Origin: Squalus acanthias
Taxonomy: Eukaryota
Reading direction: 5' to 3'
DNA: 64,000 nt
Assembly (NCBI GenBank): GCA_030390025.1
Contig: CM059432.1
Location: 139,006,001 to 139,070,000, forward strand
The notes under the pieces: generated by a model
What the model saw: the letters and a program-made list of their open reading frames with translations, nothing else
What the model was told of the DNA's origin: nothing
Database searches by the model: none
Position numbers and translations under genes: made by a program
Shown: positions 49,501 to 60,342 of the stretch, one piece after another
How positions within the stretch are numbered: the first letter of the stretch is position 1
Layout of the letters: the number at the start of each line of letters is the position of its first letter

Positions 49501-50477
49501 TTCTGAGGACAAGCAGCTGTAATTGGTGTCGTTGCACAAAGAGTGGCTGAAATTCTAGGTGTGTTTCTTCGAGAAAAAACCCGAGAGGAAGCACGATAGT
49601 TTTTAGTTGGAACATCCTGATAGGCCCTTACTGGGGCAGTTCGGTAGGACTTAGCTTGATAAGCCCTTGTAGAGGCTCTTGATAGGCAAACCTTTACAAA
49701 ATGACCCTTTTTGTTGCAATGACTGCAAAACGCATTGCGAGCAGGGCAGAATCTCCGAGGGTGAAACTCATCACCACAAAAAAAGCATTTCTTAGATTGC
49801 CAAGAGGCTGCCACAGTGGGGTCATCATCCTCTTCATCAGTGAAGTCATCAGATCGATCGTCAGGGATAAAGTCCTCCCTAATAGAGTTCACCTGTGGCC
49901 TCTTAAATTGCCTGACTGTAGTTAAGGCAGCAGACCGAGGTCTGGGCACTGTAAAAAGGTCTGCATTCCTTTTTGCCAGATCTAGAGAGCAAGCCAGGTC
50001 ATAAGCTCTCTGCAGCTCAAGTGTCTTACTTTCCAGTAGACGCTGGCGTATAAATGGGGAGGCAAGCCCGCAGATGAACGCATCACGGATCATTTCTTCG
50101 CGGTATAGCTCAGCTGAGGCTGCCCGAAAGTTACAGTCCATACTAAGTCTGCGAAGCTCTTGGAGGAATTTATCAATGGATTCCTCCGGCCCTTGTTGGG
50201 CTGTAGCTAGTAGATGTCTAGCATAGACCTCATTCGGTGTCTTAGTATATAGTCTCTTAAGCGTCTGAATTGCCTCCTCATAACTGTCCCAGTCTTCCAC
50301 ATACTGAAATACATTCGGGGTGACACAGTTGATGAGTATCCGCAACTTTGAGTTATCATCAGCTTTGCAATACTCAAGAAAATTCTCAAACGTGCGATAC
50401 CAGTGTTTCCACACCTTACCGGCTGCTGGGGTGTTTGGGTCCAAGTCAAGACGCGATGGTTTAAGGATGTTTTCCAT
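46521..50477 (-). CDS. gag-pol: Gag-Pol polyprotein (Gag with two CCHC knuckles, aspartic protease, RT, RNase H, integrase), 1318 aa
   Basis: CFFCGDEFHPRRFC and CSHCNKKGHFVKVC knuckles; LIDSGS protease; RLCIDY, YDLKSAYHQ, LPFG, YLDN in RT; CDAS...EKEA...TDQ in RNase H; H-H-C-C zinc domain then IDFKGP/HSDRG/GNGQVERFN (DDE) integrase. Order PR-RT-RH-IN is Gypsy-type. Confidence 0.97.
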   Translation of the reverse strand: MENILKPSRLDLDPNTPAAGKVWKHWYRTFENFLEYCKADDNSKLRILINCVTPNVFQYVEDWDSYEEAIQTLKRLYTKTPNEVYARHLLATAQQGPEESIDKFLQELRRLSMDCNFRAASAELYREEMIRDAFICGLASPFIRQRLLESKTLELQRAYDLACSLDLAKRNADLFTVPRPRSAALTTVRQFKRPQVNSIREDFIPDDRSDDFTDEEDDDPTVAASWQSKKCFFCGDEFHPRRFCPARNAFCSHCNKKGHFVKVCLSRASTRAYQAKSYRTAPVRAYQDVPTKNYRASSRVFSRRNTPRISATLCATTPITAACPQNLFHAATKASIKGHTLDALIDSGSTDSFIREQTVAQLKLHVFPSDQAVAMAQSSLNTRISGFCVVEIMLKGHRYPSTRLSVLKDLCSDLILGLDFQKQHKKLTIEFGGSKPELTISNIRPRLPFCALSAASLDEPSLFASIPPRCKPIITKSRRFSQEDQSFIAAEISRLLAEDIIEPCSSPWRAQVVIVKNPLQPHKKRLCIDYSQTINQYTDLDAYPLPRIDDMVNKLAEYTVFSTYDLKSAYHQVPLKVSDKQYTAFEANGRLYQFRRLPFGVTNGVAVFQRAMDDLVKQEDLKDTFPYLDNITVAGRNQQEHDANLQRFWDALQHRNLTLNAAKSIESQPTINILGYCVGNGIIKPDPERLRPLQELPPPKNPASLRRALGLFAYYAKWIPNFSDRIQPLLKASTFPLDTTAVAAFNLLKKQLEKAALHSIDESLPFVVECDASEVAISATLNQEGRPVAFLSRTFQGAELHYPPVEKEATAIMEAVRKWSHLLARQHVTLITDQRSVAFMLDNRKRTKIKNNKIQLWRLELASFGYTIHYRPGKENVAPDTLTRAFCSAMAPSTLVDIHDGLCHPGVTRMLHFVRSRNLPFSTGDVKKMCSDCRVCAELKPRFFRPSGGILIHATQPMQRLSIDFKGPLPSSTRNTYLLTMVDEYSRFPFAFPCPNMLTTTVISCLEQVFAFCGMASYVHSDRGPSFMSGELKAYLSERGIAASKTTPYHPVGNGQVERFNAIIWNAVRLALRSRGLPNQQWEAVLPDALHSTRSLLSTATNTTPHERFFRFQRRSSYGTSLPSWLTTPGPVLLRRYVRASKNDPLVDEVELTDVNPTYAYIRYPDGRESTVSLRDLAPCPPKHRGTPGDDIVPGTSLGLPGASHHDRDLTPAGTSLQRADLGQTDYEPVGARTRSHDQPCTVRSETDLPQPCPTPIRVPVHGQDRSDPSQSGLEHSDSGPWPAAGKRARGPLPLREPKRVRLSLIQRLRNGGSIPAS

Positions 50478-50543
50478 GATGGGTGATTCCCTGGATCCTT
50501 AGCTCCGAGTTCGTCCAAAAAGTTTGAGTGCGAAGTTTTTCCA

Positions 50544-50555
50544 AAGTTGATTAAA
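50544..50555 (-). promoter_or_regulatory. Putative self-priming PBS (TTTAATCAACTT)
   Basis: Sits 1 nt after the 5' LTR end, does not start with TGG, and is the exact reverse complement of LTR segment 50600-50611. Confidence 0.75.
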
Positions 50556-50556
50556 T

Positions 50557-50739
50557 TGTCGTAAGAATGAGCCTTACGCGTGGTAAACTTAATGTAAGCT
50601 TTAATCAACTTAAAACGGTGCTGCATACAAAAGAGGTCTTACCCTATGCCTCTTCCAGAGCTAACTGATCAGTCCAGTATTTATCCTGGACTGATTACAG
50701 GAAGTGATGTCATACAGGAAGCTGAAAAGTGTTACCACA
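50557..50739 (-). repeat. 5' LTR, 183 bp (TGTGGTAAC...TTACGACA)
   Basis: Starts TGT and ends ACA on the minus strand; contains ATAAATA (TATA-like) and ATTAAA (polyA-like); first 67 bp identical to 46436-46502. The inner boundary is inferred because the other LTR lacks this part. Confidence 0.85.
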
Positions 50740-51035
50740 CAAGGTTCCACAAAGAGCAATGTGATAATGACCAGATAATCTGTTTTAGTGATGGTGGTTG
50801 AGGGATAAATATTGGCAGGACACCGGGGAGAACTCCCCTGCTCTCCTTCGAAATAGTGCCATAGGATCTTTTACGTCCACCTGAGGGGGCAGACAGGGCC
50901 TCCGACAGTGCAGCACTCCCTCAGTACTGCGCTGGCGTGTTAGCCTAGTTTTTTTGCTCAAGTCTCTGGAGTGGGACTTGAACCCACAACCTGGCTCAGA
51001 GGCAAGAGTGTTACCCACTGAGCCACAGCTAACAC
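50740..51035 (-). mobile_element. Deu-domain SINE, 5' part, split by the Gypsy insertion
   Basis: Reverse complement of SINE core and tRNA-like head (ccactgagccacagct), with an internal deletion. Confidence 0.88.
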
Positions 51036-51151
51036 CTCACAATAGCAAACCAACAGTTCAGTTCTCCAAGTACAATCCCTGCTGATTTTCATCCACGAAT
51101 GTTAACACACAGGCTGGACGCCCATAATGTTGCCGATCTGTTTCAAATATT

Positions 51152-51570
51152 GTCAGCCTAGCTCACTCTCCCCTCGGAGTCACAAGTTCATGGGCTCAAG
51201 CCCCACTCTAGTGACTTGAGCTCATAACCTAGGCTGACACTTCAGTGAAGTACTGCACTGCTGGAGGTACCGTCTTTTGGATGAGACATTCAACCGAGGT
51301 CCTGTTTACCTGTTTCAGGTAGATGTAAAAGATCCCATGGCGCCATGGGAAGAAGAGCAAGAAAATTCTGATGGTGTCATGACTCATGACCAAAATTCAT
51401 CCCTCAACCAGCATCCACAAACCCATTTAAATGGCCGTTATTTCATTGTTGTGTATGGGTCTTTGTGATGTGAAAATTGGCTTCTGCCTTTACCTACATA
51501 ACAGTGACTGCACTTAAAAATATATCACTGGCTGCAAAACGTGCAATATACATCCAAGTTCTTTCTTTCT
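51152..51570 (+). mobile_element. Diverged Deu-domain SINE
   Basis: ggatgagacattcaaccgagg...aaaagatcccatggc...gaagaagagca. Confidence 0.75.
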
Positions 51571-51799
51571 TCCGCCCATCTGCTCAAAATTGGCCTCTTA
51601 TTGTCCCCCACCCTCCCAGTTCAAGCTGCCACTCTCTTCGCACCTAGCCTTTCAATAGGTATGCACATGGAGGGGTCATTGTAGGGTTTAGCAGCAGTTT
51701 GAGGTGCTGGGTTTTTGTAGCATTGGGGGGGGGGGAGAAAAACAAATTCAAGCTTGGATAAGCAAAAACACCTTGGCCTCAGTATTAACAGGGTGGAGA

Positions 51800-52315
51800 G
51801 AGGGTCCAGGGGAGCCCGATAGTGGGCGATGAACCTGGCGAGGCCAGGGCTGTGAAGGTCCCGACCATCTTAACGGCAGGGCTATGTTTAAGTAAATTCT
51901 GCAGAGTCCCGCCCCACGCCGGCCAGACTGACTACGTGGCCAGCAGGCGTGAGCAGGAATTTGCGGCAGGTGGCCACAGCCGGGGAAACGATCCCCAGCA
52001 GTTAGTGGGGGGGGAGGGGGGTGGGGAGAGAAGCCTCTGGCCGCGATCGATGGAGCAATCAGAGGGGTGAGGGGGGAGGATCTGGCCAGGATTGGAAGGC
52101 AGGGGGAGGAAGGGGTTGGATCGGGCCATGATTAGAAGGGAGAGGGGGATGATTAGGCCATGATCGGGGGGGTGGGAGGGTGGCTGGAAAGAGGATCGGA
52201 CCACAATCAAGGGGGTGGGAGAGATTGGGAGGGGGGGTATCCCGATGCAAGGGAAGCACAAGCCTTCCTTGTGAGGCCTAGGGGGGGGGGAGAGCACTCT
52301 TGCCCCACTCAAGTA
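51800..52315. repeat. G-rich tract, probable internal fragment of a non-autonomous DNA transposon
   Basis: Recurrent gat(c/t)gg plus G-runs; no TIRs identified. Confidence 0.4.
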
Positions 52316-53851
52316 AAAGAAATAATGCTAAAAATAGTAACAGCGTGTTATAGGAAGTGTTACAGTTACAGGAACTGCATGCATAGTCTACTTTAAGAAT
52401 CATTTTCGTACTATTATGATCAACTGTAAATACTGCCATTTAATTGCCATTTGTCACTGCCCTGAATGAACAAAAAGAGCAGGAGGGAAACCAGGGCAAA
52501 GGCTGGAGTTCACACCAAGTGGAAGGAATTCAACCGGATAGAATTCTGAAGAGAATTAAAATGGTAACTACTAAACCCAAGTGCATTTGTTGCAAAAGAA
52601 ATGGCATCTTCAGGTAATGCAAAGATGCAAAGAGCATTCCTGGAGATGCACAATTTGCCTTGTGCGATACACGTTCATCCAGTGAACGGAAGAAGCTGAT
52701 CAAACCAGATGCATCATTCATTTTATAGCACCATCGCCACCAGCCCCCCACCCCCCTCCCCTACGCAGGGGGAAGAAAACATACACAGATATCAGTTCCC
52801 TGATGTGTAGCGACAAGTATGGAAATGTATTGGGAAACCTCCTCGGGCAGTATGTCAGCTTTCTCTGTTTTTGGTGCAGTCAGACAAATATGACTACTAT
52901 TCAGAAGTATTAAGGTCAAGAAGTTTCTTTGAAAAGGCCACATGCCAGCCTTGTGTGAGATCTGAACAAAAGTCTGTTTCTCTGATTTACATCTACAGTT
53001 TAGTCAAATATGCAGACAATTGGAGCAGACCTGTTTTTCACGTTAAAGCTAGGATCAGAAATCTTGATATTATGTATTAAAAAAGATAAGGGGGTTAACC
53101 TACAAATTCCTGATTAAAGAGTCAACATGAAATCCTTGGGGAATTTTGTTTATGTCACAATCTTGGCAGAAAGTCTGACCAACCCTCCATAACTGCAAGC
53201 GTCAGTATATAATACCAAGCATAAAGGCATTACTGTAGTAACATGATTTATTCCATTGAAAATATGTAATCTGGTGTGATCAGTGTTAACTTTAACAATT
53301 CCCCAAGGAACTTTACATTTCGCTAATTAGAGTGGACCTTTAGTTATAGATTTTCTCCAATTAGGGTGGATTTTGTCTGATCAGAAAAACTCCATCCCAG
53401 ATTAACAATCCATTCACACAATAGCCTACGCTAATTCTGCAAGCATTAATTACTGTAGCCGAGATTTTCTGCACAGCATTAGTACCCCTGCATTAACCAG
53501 TTTAAAATAAATAAAGGCAGCCAAAGTAACGGCAAGTGGAAAAATCTAAGCACAAGGCTTTCAGGATCAATGGTACTTCTGTGATTGCCTCAAAGGAATT
53601 GTGGAAAGAGCTGGTGCCCAAGATGAAAAGCAGCAAACGTAATATATTTGTGACGGCGTGCTGTAAGTTTACAGACGTTTGGAAAAATTATATGATGCTC
53701 TACAAATATTCCATGCACGCATGCGCAAACCAAGTGGTGACAGACAATTTCCTTCATCTCACCTGCAGCGCTAAGAGGAGCTCAAGGCTATAAAAAAAAA
53801 AGCAACAATCACTTTTGTCAAGAACCACCAGCTTATAAGAAGGACTGACAA

Positions 53852-54185
53852 CACACTGTCGGAGGTGCCGTCAATCGGATGAGATGTAAAACCGAGGCCC
53901 CGTCTGCCCTCTCTGGCGGAAGCAAGGGATCCCGCGGTACTATTTCGAAGAAGAGCAGTGGAGTTCTCCACCGGTGTCCTGGCCGGTATTTGTCCTTCAA
54001 CCAACATTAGCAAAACTGGTCATTATCTCATTGTTGTTTGTGGGATCTTGCTGTGCGCCAATTGGCTGCTGTGGTTCCGACATTACACCAGTGACTACAC
54101 TTTAAAAGTACTTCATTGGCTGAAAAGTGCTTTGAGACGTCCTAAGGGCGTAAATGGCGCTATAGAAATGCAAGTTCTTTCTTCT
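53852..54185 (+). mobile_element. 5'-truncated Deu-domain SINE
   Basis: cactgtcggaggtgccgtc...gctatagaaatgcaagttctttc. Confidence 0.85.
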
Positions 54186-54964
54186 TTCCGGGAAGTGTGT
54201 TTAATTAATAGAAAAACTCTGGCCAAGGCTAGTAAAACATCTGCTAAAGAATTGGTCCAATTGCAAGTTCAATGAAGACTGTCACTCAAACCCTTGTTCC
54301 TTCATGTTAAATTCTCAATTGAAAGAAATCCTACATCAAAATCCAAGGAATATTTAGTTGAGAAATGTTTCAAAACTATCACCATCAAGATTGAAGGATT
54401 ACAATTATTTCAAGCAAAAAAAGTGTACATTTTTGTGTGAAAAATCCCACTTCATTCGTGGGATTACTGTAAATTTAATTAGCTCTGGGGCCAAGAAGAA
54501 CAAAAAGAGAGAGGAATTGTATGTGCTTTGTAGCCCAGCTGAATTCGTGACAAATGTGCAATCTCTCAGATTTGGATCAGATGTTCAGCTTTGCTCAAAC
54601 CTTATCTTACATAAAACTCTGTGGAGTCTGTAACGTCCTTCATATAAAAAAAAAAGTAGATTAACATTTGTACAGTGCATCAATTTAACAGACAAACAAG
54701 CAAAGTGAGAGATAGGCAGGCAAAAGAGGAGAAACAAGCAAAAGGAGAATCAAAACACAGAGTCGAAATAACAAACACCAGGTTGTAATGTGTCTGATTC
54801 ACATTCTATTTAGCTTCGCTCAAAACCATTTCTACCTTAGGATCTGAAATAATCTTCATAAAAGCAAAGTTTGTAAACACGTGTAAAAAGAGGAAAGGCG
54901 AAAAGAGGGAAGAAGAGACAACAAGTGGAAGACAAAGAGAGAGAGTGTGACCACCTACTTGTAA

Positions 54965-55370
54965 AAGAAAGAAGGAAAGTCTTGTATTTATACAGCGTCT
55001 TTCATGACCTCAGGACGTCCCAAAGCGCTTTACAGCCAAATGAAGTATTTTTGAAGTGGAGTCACTGTTGTGATGTAGGAAACGTGGCAGCCAATTTGCG
55101 CACAGCAAGCTCCCACAAGCAGCAATGTGATAATGACCAGATAACCTGATTTTTTTTTTTAAGTGATGCTGATTGAGGGATAAATATTGGTCAGGACACT
55201 GGGGAGAACTCCCCGGCTCTTCTTCAAAATAGTGCCACAAGATCTTTTACGTCCACAGGAAACAGGAAAGAAAGACTTGCATTTCTGTAGCGCCTTTCAC
55301 GACCACCGGACGTCTCAAAGCGCTTTACAGCCAATGACGTACTTTGGAAGTGGAGTCACTGTTGCAATGA
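54965..55370 (-). mobile_element. Two adjacent 5'-truncated Deu-SINE fragments
   Basis: Tails start at about 54965 and 55266. Confidence 0.85.
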
Positions 55371-55454
55371 GAAAAAAGCCACAAAGATAAAAATGGGTGA
55401 AATAAATGAAAAGAGAGAGAGACGAAGGAGAGAAAAATTGCAACACTAGACAAC

Positions 55455-55609
55455 CAACGTTCCCTCTAAGCTATGCGGCTGCTCAGCTCTCTGCCGGTCC
55501 TGTGCAGCCCGGGACCGGCTTTCTCAATGTTAAATTTCACGCAAATCTGTGAATGAGCCGCACAGCCTTAAAGGGGGCGCACACCCAAACGAAAATTAGG
55601 GGAAACTAT
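55455..55609. mobile_element. Possible small hAT-like MITE
   Basis: caacgttccctctaa versus degenerate ttaggggaaactat; no clear TSD. Confidence 0.4.
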
Positions 55610-56538
55610 AAAGAAAAAAAAAACATTTTTGCACAGATGTCAAAAGAAATAACAAAAGCTCACATTTTCAATTAATTCAGTCCAATCGATACAGTAGAAA
55701 CTTTGGAGATCTGAAGGAGGGTGTACAGACCGACCATCTTTAATCATCACAAGTGGCACCAATGTGGTGTGCAATGACACTGCAACTACAGCTCCCTTCT
55801 CAGTGACCAGAGAAAACCCAGCAAAGCAAATACCACCAACGGGTATTCTTCCTTTGCACGTTTTTTTATCTAGGCAGTGGTGCACGAGCAAATGGAACCC
55901 GCGGCAGGATTCAACATCGCGACTCACAGCCTTCCCACTTCTACAGTGAAAATAAACAGAAAATGATTTTTGTAAAGTGATTGGTACCAAGAAGGGTAAA
56001 AACTGCTGAACGATGCCACAAAACTATCTCCCAGGCACTAGGTTGTCCATCTCAGTTGTCCTTTAGTGGAGGAGGGGAGGGCGAACAGCAGAGAAAATCA
56101 TCCTCGAACAGATGTTGCACCTCAACTTTAGGGGTCAGCTCAAGAAGAGTGCTCCAGGAGCTCCAGGAGCAGGTAATTCCCTTCTCTTTACCCGCCATCC
56201 CCACCTTGCTTCTTGACCACAGGTAGGTTATGGTGTAGGAAAATTGGGAAGGGGGATTCATGCCCTCACTGCTGATGGGTTCCATCTAATGGCCTGCATA
56301 ATTCAGCATATGGTATCAATGGTAATTCATGGCAGTGGGGGAAATAATTGAAAAAATGCACAGGCGTGAATCAACTTTACACTGGACGGTAAGTTCATCA
56401 TTTCCCTCCCCCAGACAATAAATGCAGCCATGACAGCACTTCACTGATTTCAATTCACCAGCACGTCAAGATTTCCCATTAACACGAGTCAACTCAAGCC
56501 AGTATTGTACCAAGAAGTGAGAATTTTCTTGTTGCATT

Positions 56539-57306
56539 GGCCTGGAATTTTCGGTCCGGATGACAGTGAACTGGCAGCGTTCACCATCATTCTGCCTTTG
56601 AAACGGACCGTAACTTCGGGATTTGGCACATGCGGAAATCCTGCAGTTGCGGTCTGTCATTCACAGCTCTGACACAGGCTGGGCTGTGCCATCCCCCCCA
56701 CCCCACCCCACCGAGCCGGCAATCAGTCTAATCTCTCAAATCAGGGAAACTGACAAAAACTTTGGCTCTTCTGCAGCAATTACGCTGTTAAATTCCTCAC
56801 TAAAAGTTAGATCCAAAGGGATTAGGTGTAACTGGGGTCTTAACAGCATATTGACTGTTAAACACATGTTATGGGCCTGAAAAACTAATTTTAATTTTGT
56901 GCAGTTTAGCCATTTTAATAAAAATTTAATTTTTTAAGAAACTTTAAAAAAAAACTTTTTTTTTTAAAGTTTGTCCATCTTTATTTCAGGTTTGCCCTTT
57001 CCCCATGAGAGCCCCAATCTTTGTTCTGCTCTCTCTAACATTTTTAAAAAGTTCAAATTTTAAGGGCTTACTTTCTTCCTGATTCGCTGTCTGTGAGAAT
57101 TCTGCGTTTTGATTGGCTGCTCAGACAGTCACAGTTGACGTCACAGCAGCTCGCGCAAGGGGATCCCCACTAAACTCCGTTGATTTGAATCGAAGGTCGG
57201 GAAACCCACAGTTCTCGATACAGAGATCGCGAGATCTTTGTGCGAAGCGTACTTCGGGGGCCGCGGCGAACACCTTCGCTTCGCCGCTGACTGCAAATTC
57301 CAGGTC
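56539..57306. mobile_element. Complete non-autonomous PIF/Harbinger-type element, 768 bp
   Basis: TIRs GGCCTGGAATTTTCGGTC / GACTGCAAATTCCAGGTC; 3-bp ATT on both sides (56536-56538, 57307-57309); subterminal hairpins and AT-rich centre. Confidence 0.8.
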
Positions 57307-59884
57307 ATTAATTTTTGACTTTATTAGTGGATCAATATCTTAGTAGTTAGTGTAAATATTTATTCATATCAGGTAAATATTTCTACTGGTGAATGTCACT
57401 GAAGGATTTGTGAGTACCAAAATTAGAAGTTAGGTATATTTCCTCATGATTCTGATCACAGGTCCTGACTGGTTAGTTAGCACCTATTATACTTATCACC
57501 ATTGAATGTTTTCAGAGGGGGAAAAAAAGCTGTATTTTCATAAAACAGGAACATAGGTTGAGGCTATTTTACAATGTCATTGACTGTTTTAATGCCATAC
57601 TTGTGCAATTATGATTTTTATTTCCAGTCATTTCAACACAAGACTATTAACTGTTTAGTACTACTCCAAGCAGTTACCACATTAATGGGGAAATGCAAAG
57701 AACACAGTCACCCATCGAACAAACACAAGGTGATTTTGTGCACACATTGCTTTCAGCAATTGTAAGCTCTTGACACAAAAGGCCATTTGCACAAAGCAGT
57801 GTTCAAAACTACAGCTGTACTCTAATAAATTGCCAGGCTCAGCAGAAATCTCTGGTAAAACTGCATACAAAAAACAGTGTGTACAAGCGGTGTAAAAAAA
57901 GAGTGACCAGGTGTGGTGGGCGGAGGGGAAAACAGGAGAGAAAAAAATAGAGACACACATTTGGAGGAGTTTTAAAAGGTGCGATCTAGATATACAATAA
58001 ATGCCTGAATATGCAACTGCTTCAACAACAAAAAAATCACTATTGTAAATATTGTAGCACAACTAAAGCCAGCTTTGATACTCACATACAGAACAGAGAC
58101 AGACAGTTTGTACACAGGGATGTCAGGCTTGCATGTCGGAAAATCTCTGCAACAATGTACTGTACTTCAAAAATTTTCCAACAGAATTAATGAAGGGTTT
58201 AAGAACTAACAAGTTCAAGGCTACACTTTGTCCCTCCGCTCCCCCCCCCCCCCCCAATAATTATAAAAAGCACTCATTAGGTCAGTGTTTAAAAAAAAGT
58301 CTTGCGTAGCGCTTTGCAAGGTTATCATTATGTGAAGATGTTGCCAAGAAAAGCTGTGGTGCGGTGACAGTTTCAGCGACAACTCCTGCCTGGAACATGA
58401 TTGCAGTGCGCCAGTGACATTATCAGGCCACCGGCAAGCTGCAACATACAGGGTCCTATTCTTAATGGATCGTGCTGGGGTGGGGGGGTGGAAATCACTT
58501 TGCTTTGAGTCGAAAACGGATAAGGCAACTTCACAAACAGTATCTTTAGCAGCTGTACTTATAACGCAAGTTTGACAATTGCACGGCTGAGCCTCAAATA
58601 AAAGTGCACCTTGATCGTGTCATTCTTCTGCCGAGATGTTTAGGAGTTGGGAGATTCACAGACACAGGGCAGGCGCTGCTTTTACAATCACAGTGGGTTC
58701 GATTGCTTGCATGCTGATTTTGGTGTCCTCCTCTTTTGTTCCGTCCTGTCCCCAAACAAGAGATGCTTACGCAACCTCCCGCAATAATATGACTTCTACT
58801 TTTAAGATCATTCCTGAAATTAACTTTTGAGGTGAACAGCACTTAAAATGCATTATTAATCGGCCTGAAATTGACATCTATTGTTTTCGTTTACTCCACA
58901 TTTGAAGCATTTCATGTTTTAATGCATGGCTGCCCTGCAAAAACCATATATAAACAGATCCTAATAGAGAGCATTGCAGCATGAAATACTGAATTCATTA
59001 ACCCCTTTTCCCTTTTAAAATAAAACGCACACACTCAAGCTGTTGTCAGCATTACAAATTAAATCCATTTTCAACCAAACAGAAAATGATTTCCTACTTT
59101 TCAAAATATACTGATTTAGAACAAGACTCAAAGCTTTGGGAAAGAATTTGTTAATTTCAGAGTGGGGGGGGGTGGGGGAAAGAAACTGAAGCTTAATTGT
59201 AAGTAATTACAGCTTTTCATTTTTAACATGATGAAATAATTTGATTTTTTTTCTCCCAGAGGTCTGGCTTACCTCAAAAATAGACAACTGTTCAGCACAG
59301 AGGAAGTGCCCTGTTAAGATAGTAGAAATTGCATGTCACAGAAACAAACACATGCATTACATAGATTTTCTTGAACAGAACCAGGTGATTCTATATCGTC
59401 TAGGTAGGCCATGTGCCACAGTTAAGTTTAATTTTTTTCCTCATTGGTGCACCATTTCATTATTTCCCATAAGAGTCGGTAATGAAAGGGATAGGCAACC
59501 AAGAAGGGAAAAAAATCAAGAGAAAAATGGTTTAAAGAAAGAAAGAGATTGAAATACATTATTTTCTTTGACACTGGGAATCAATTTTTACTTTCTATGT
59601 CCTTACACTACTCGCCGTAAGAAACGGCACCGTAACAAAGCAAGTCCATTGAGATTTTCAGATGTTAAAATCAAAAGTTTAATGAATTTAAATATACATG
59701 GCAATCGCTTTTTAATTCTGTGCTGCTGATATTCAAATCTATCAGTCATTGAGTTATTGCACTGCACAGCAGGAAATCACAACCAACCTTTTACAAATAA
59801 CCAACTCCATATTCCTCATGATGTACAAAGAAAAAACTGTGAATGCTGAAAATCTGAAATAAAAACAGCAAATGCCATAAACTT

Positions 59885-60342
59885 CATCTCATCCAAAATG
59901 CTGCTGCCCCTATCCTAACCCGCACCAAGTCCGGTTCACCCATCACCCCCTGTGCTCGCTCACCTACATTGGCTCCCGGTCCGGCAACGCCTCGAATTTA
60001 AAATTCTCATCCTGGTGTTCAAATTCCTCCATGGCCTCGCCCCTCCCCATCTCTGTGACCTCCTCCTGCCCATCAATTCTCCGAGATCTCTGCGCCCCTC
60101 CAATTCTGGCCTCTTGCGCATCCCCGATTTCCTTCGCTCCACCATTGGCGGCCATGCCTTCAGCTGCCTAGGCCATGAGCTCTGGAATTCCCTCCCTGAA
60201 CCTCTTCTCCTCTCTACCTCCTTTAAGACGCTCCTTAAAACCTGTCTCTGCCTGTCCTAATATTTCCTTTATGTGGCTCAGCTTCAGATTTTGTCTGATA
60301 ATGCTCCTGTGAAGCGCCTTGGGTCATTTTACTACGCTAAAG
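59885..60342 (+). mobile_element. L2 LINE 3' region, extreme tail missing
   Basis: LAHLHWLPVRQRLEFKILILVFKFLHGLAP...LWNSLP. Confidence 0.9.

Larger units (their letters stand above)
46436..50739 (-). mobile_element. Ty3/Gypsy LTR retrotransposon (Mag-like), complete internal region, 3' LTR truncated
   Basis: 5-bp TSD CAAGG at 46431-46435 and 50740-50744; LTR sequence at both ends; polypurine tract; single gag-pol ORF; interrupts a SINE whose two halves rejoin cleanly. Confidence 0.97.

Noticed and set aside
46388..50626. Short ORFs overlapping the Gypsy ORF, including 50207-50626 and antisense ones; possible env gene or chromodomain
   Set aside because: Shadow frames of a GC-balanced ORF. 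There is no room for env, and the C-terminal tail is Pro/Arg-rich without chromodomain features.
52500..52740. Possible host exon ending at CAGGTAAT
   Set aside because: No convincing acceptor or recognisable peptide. Small exons elsewhere in the window cannot be excluded by eye.
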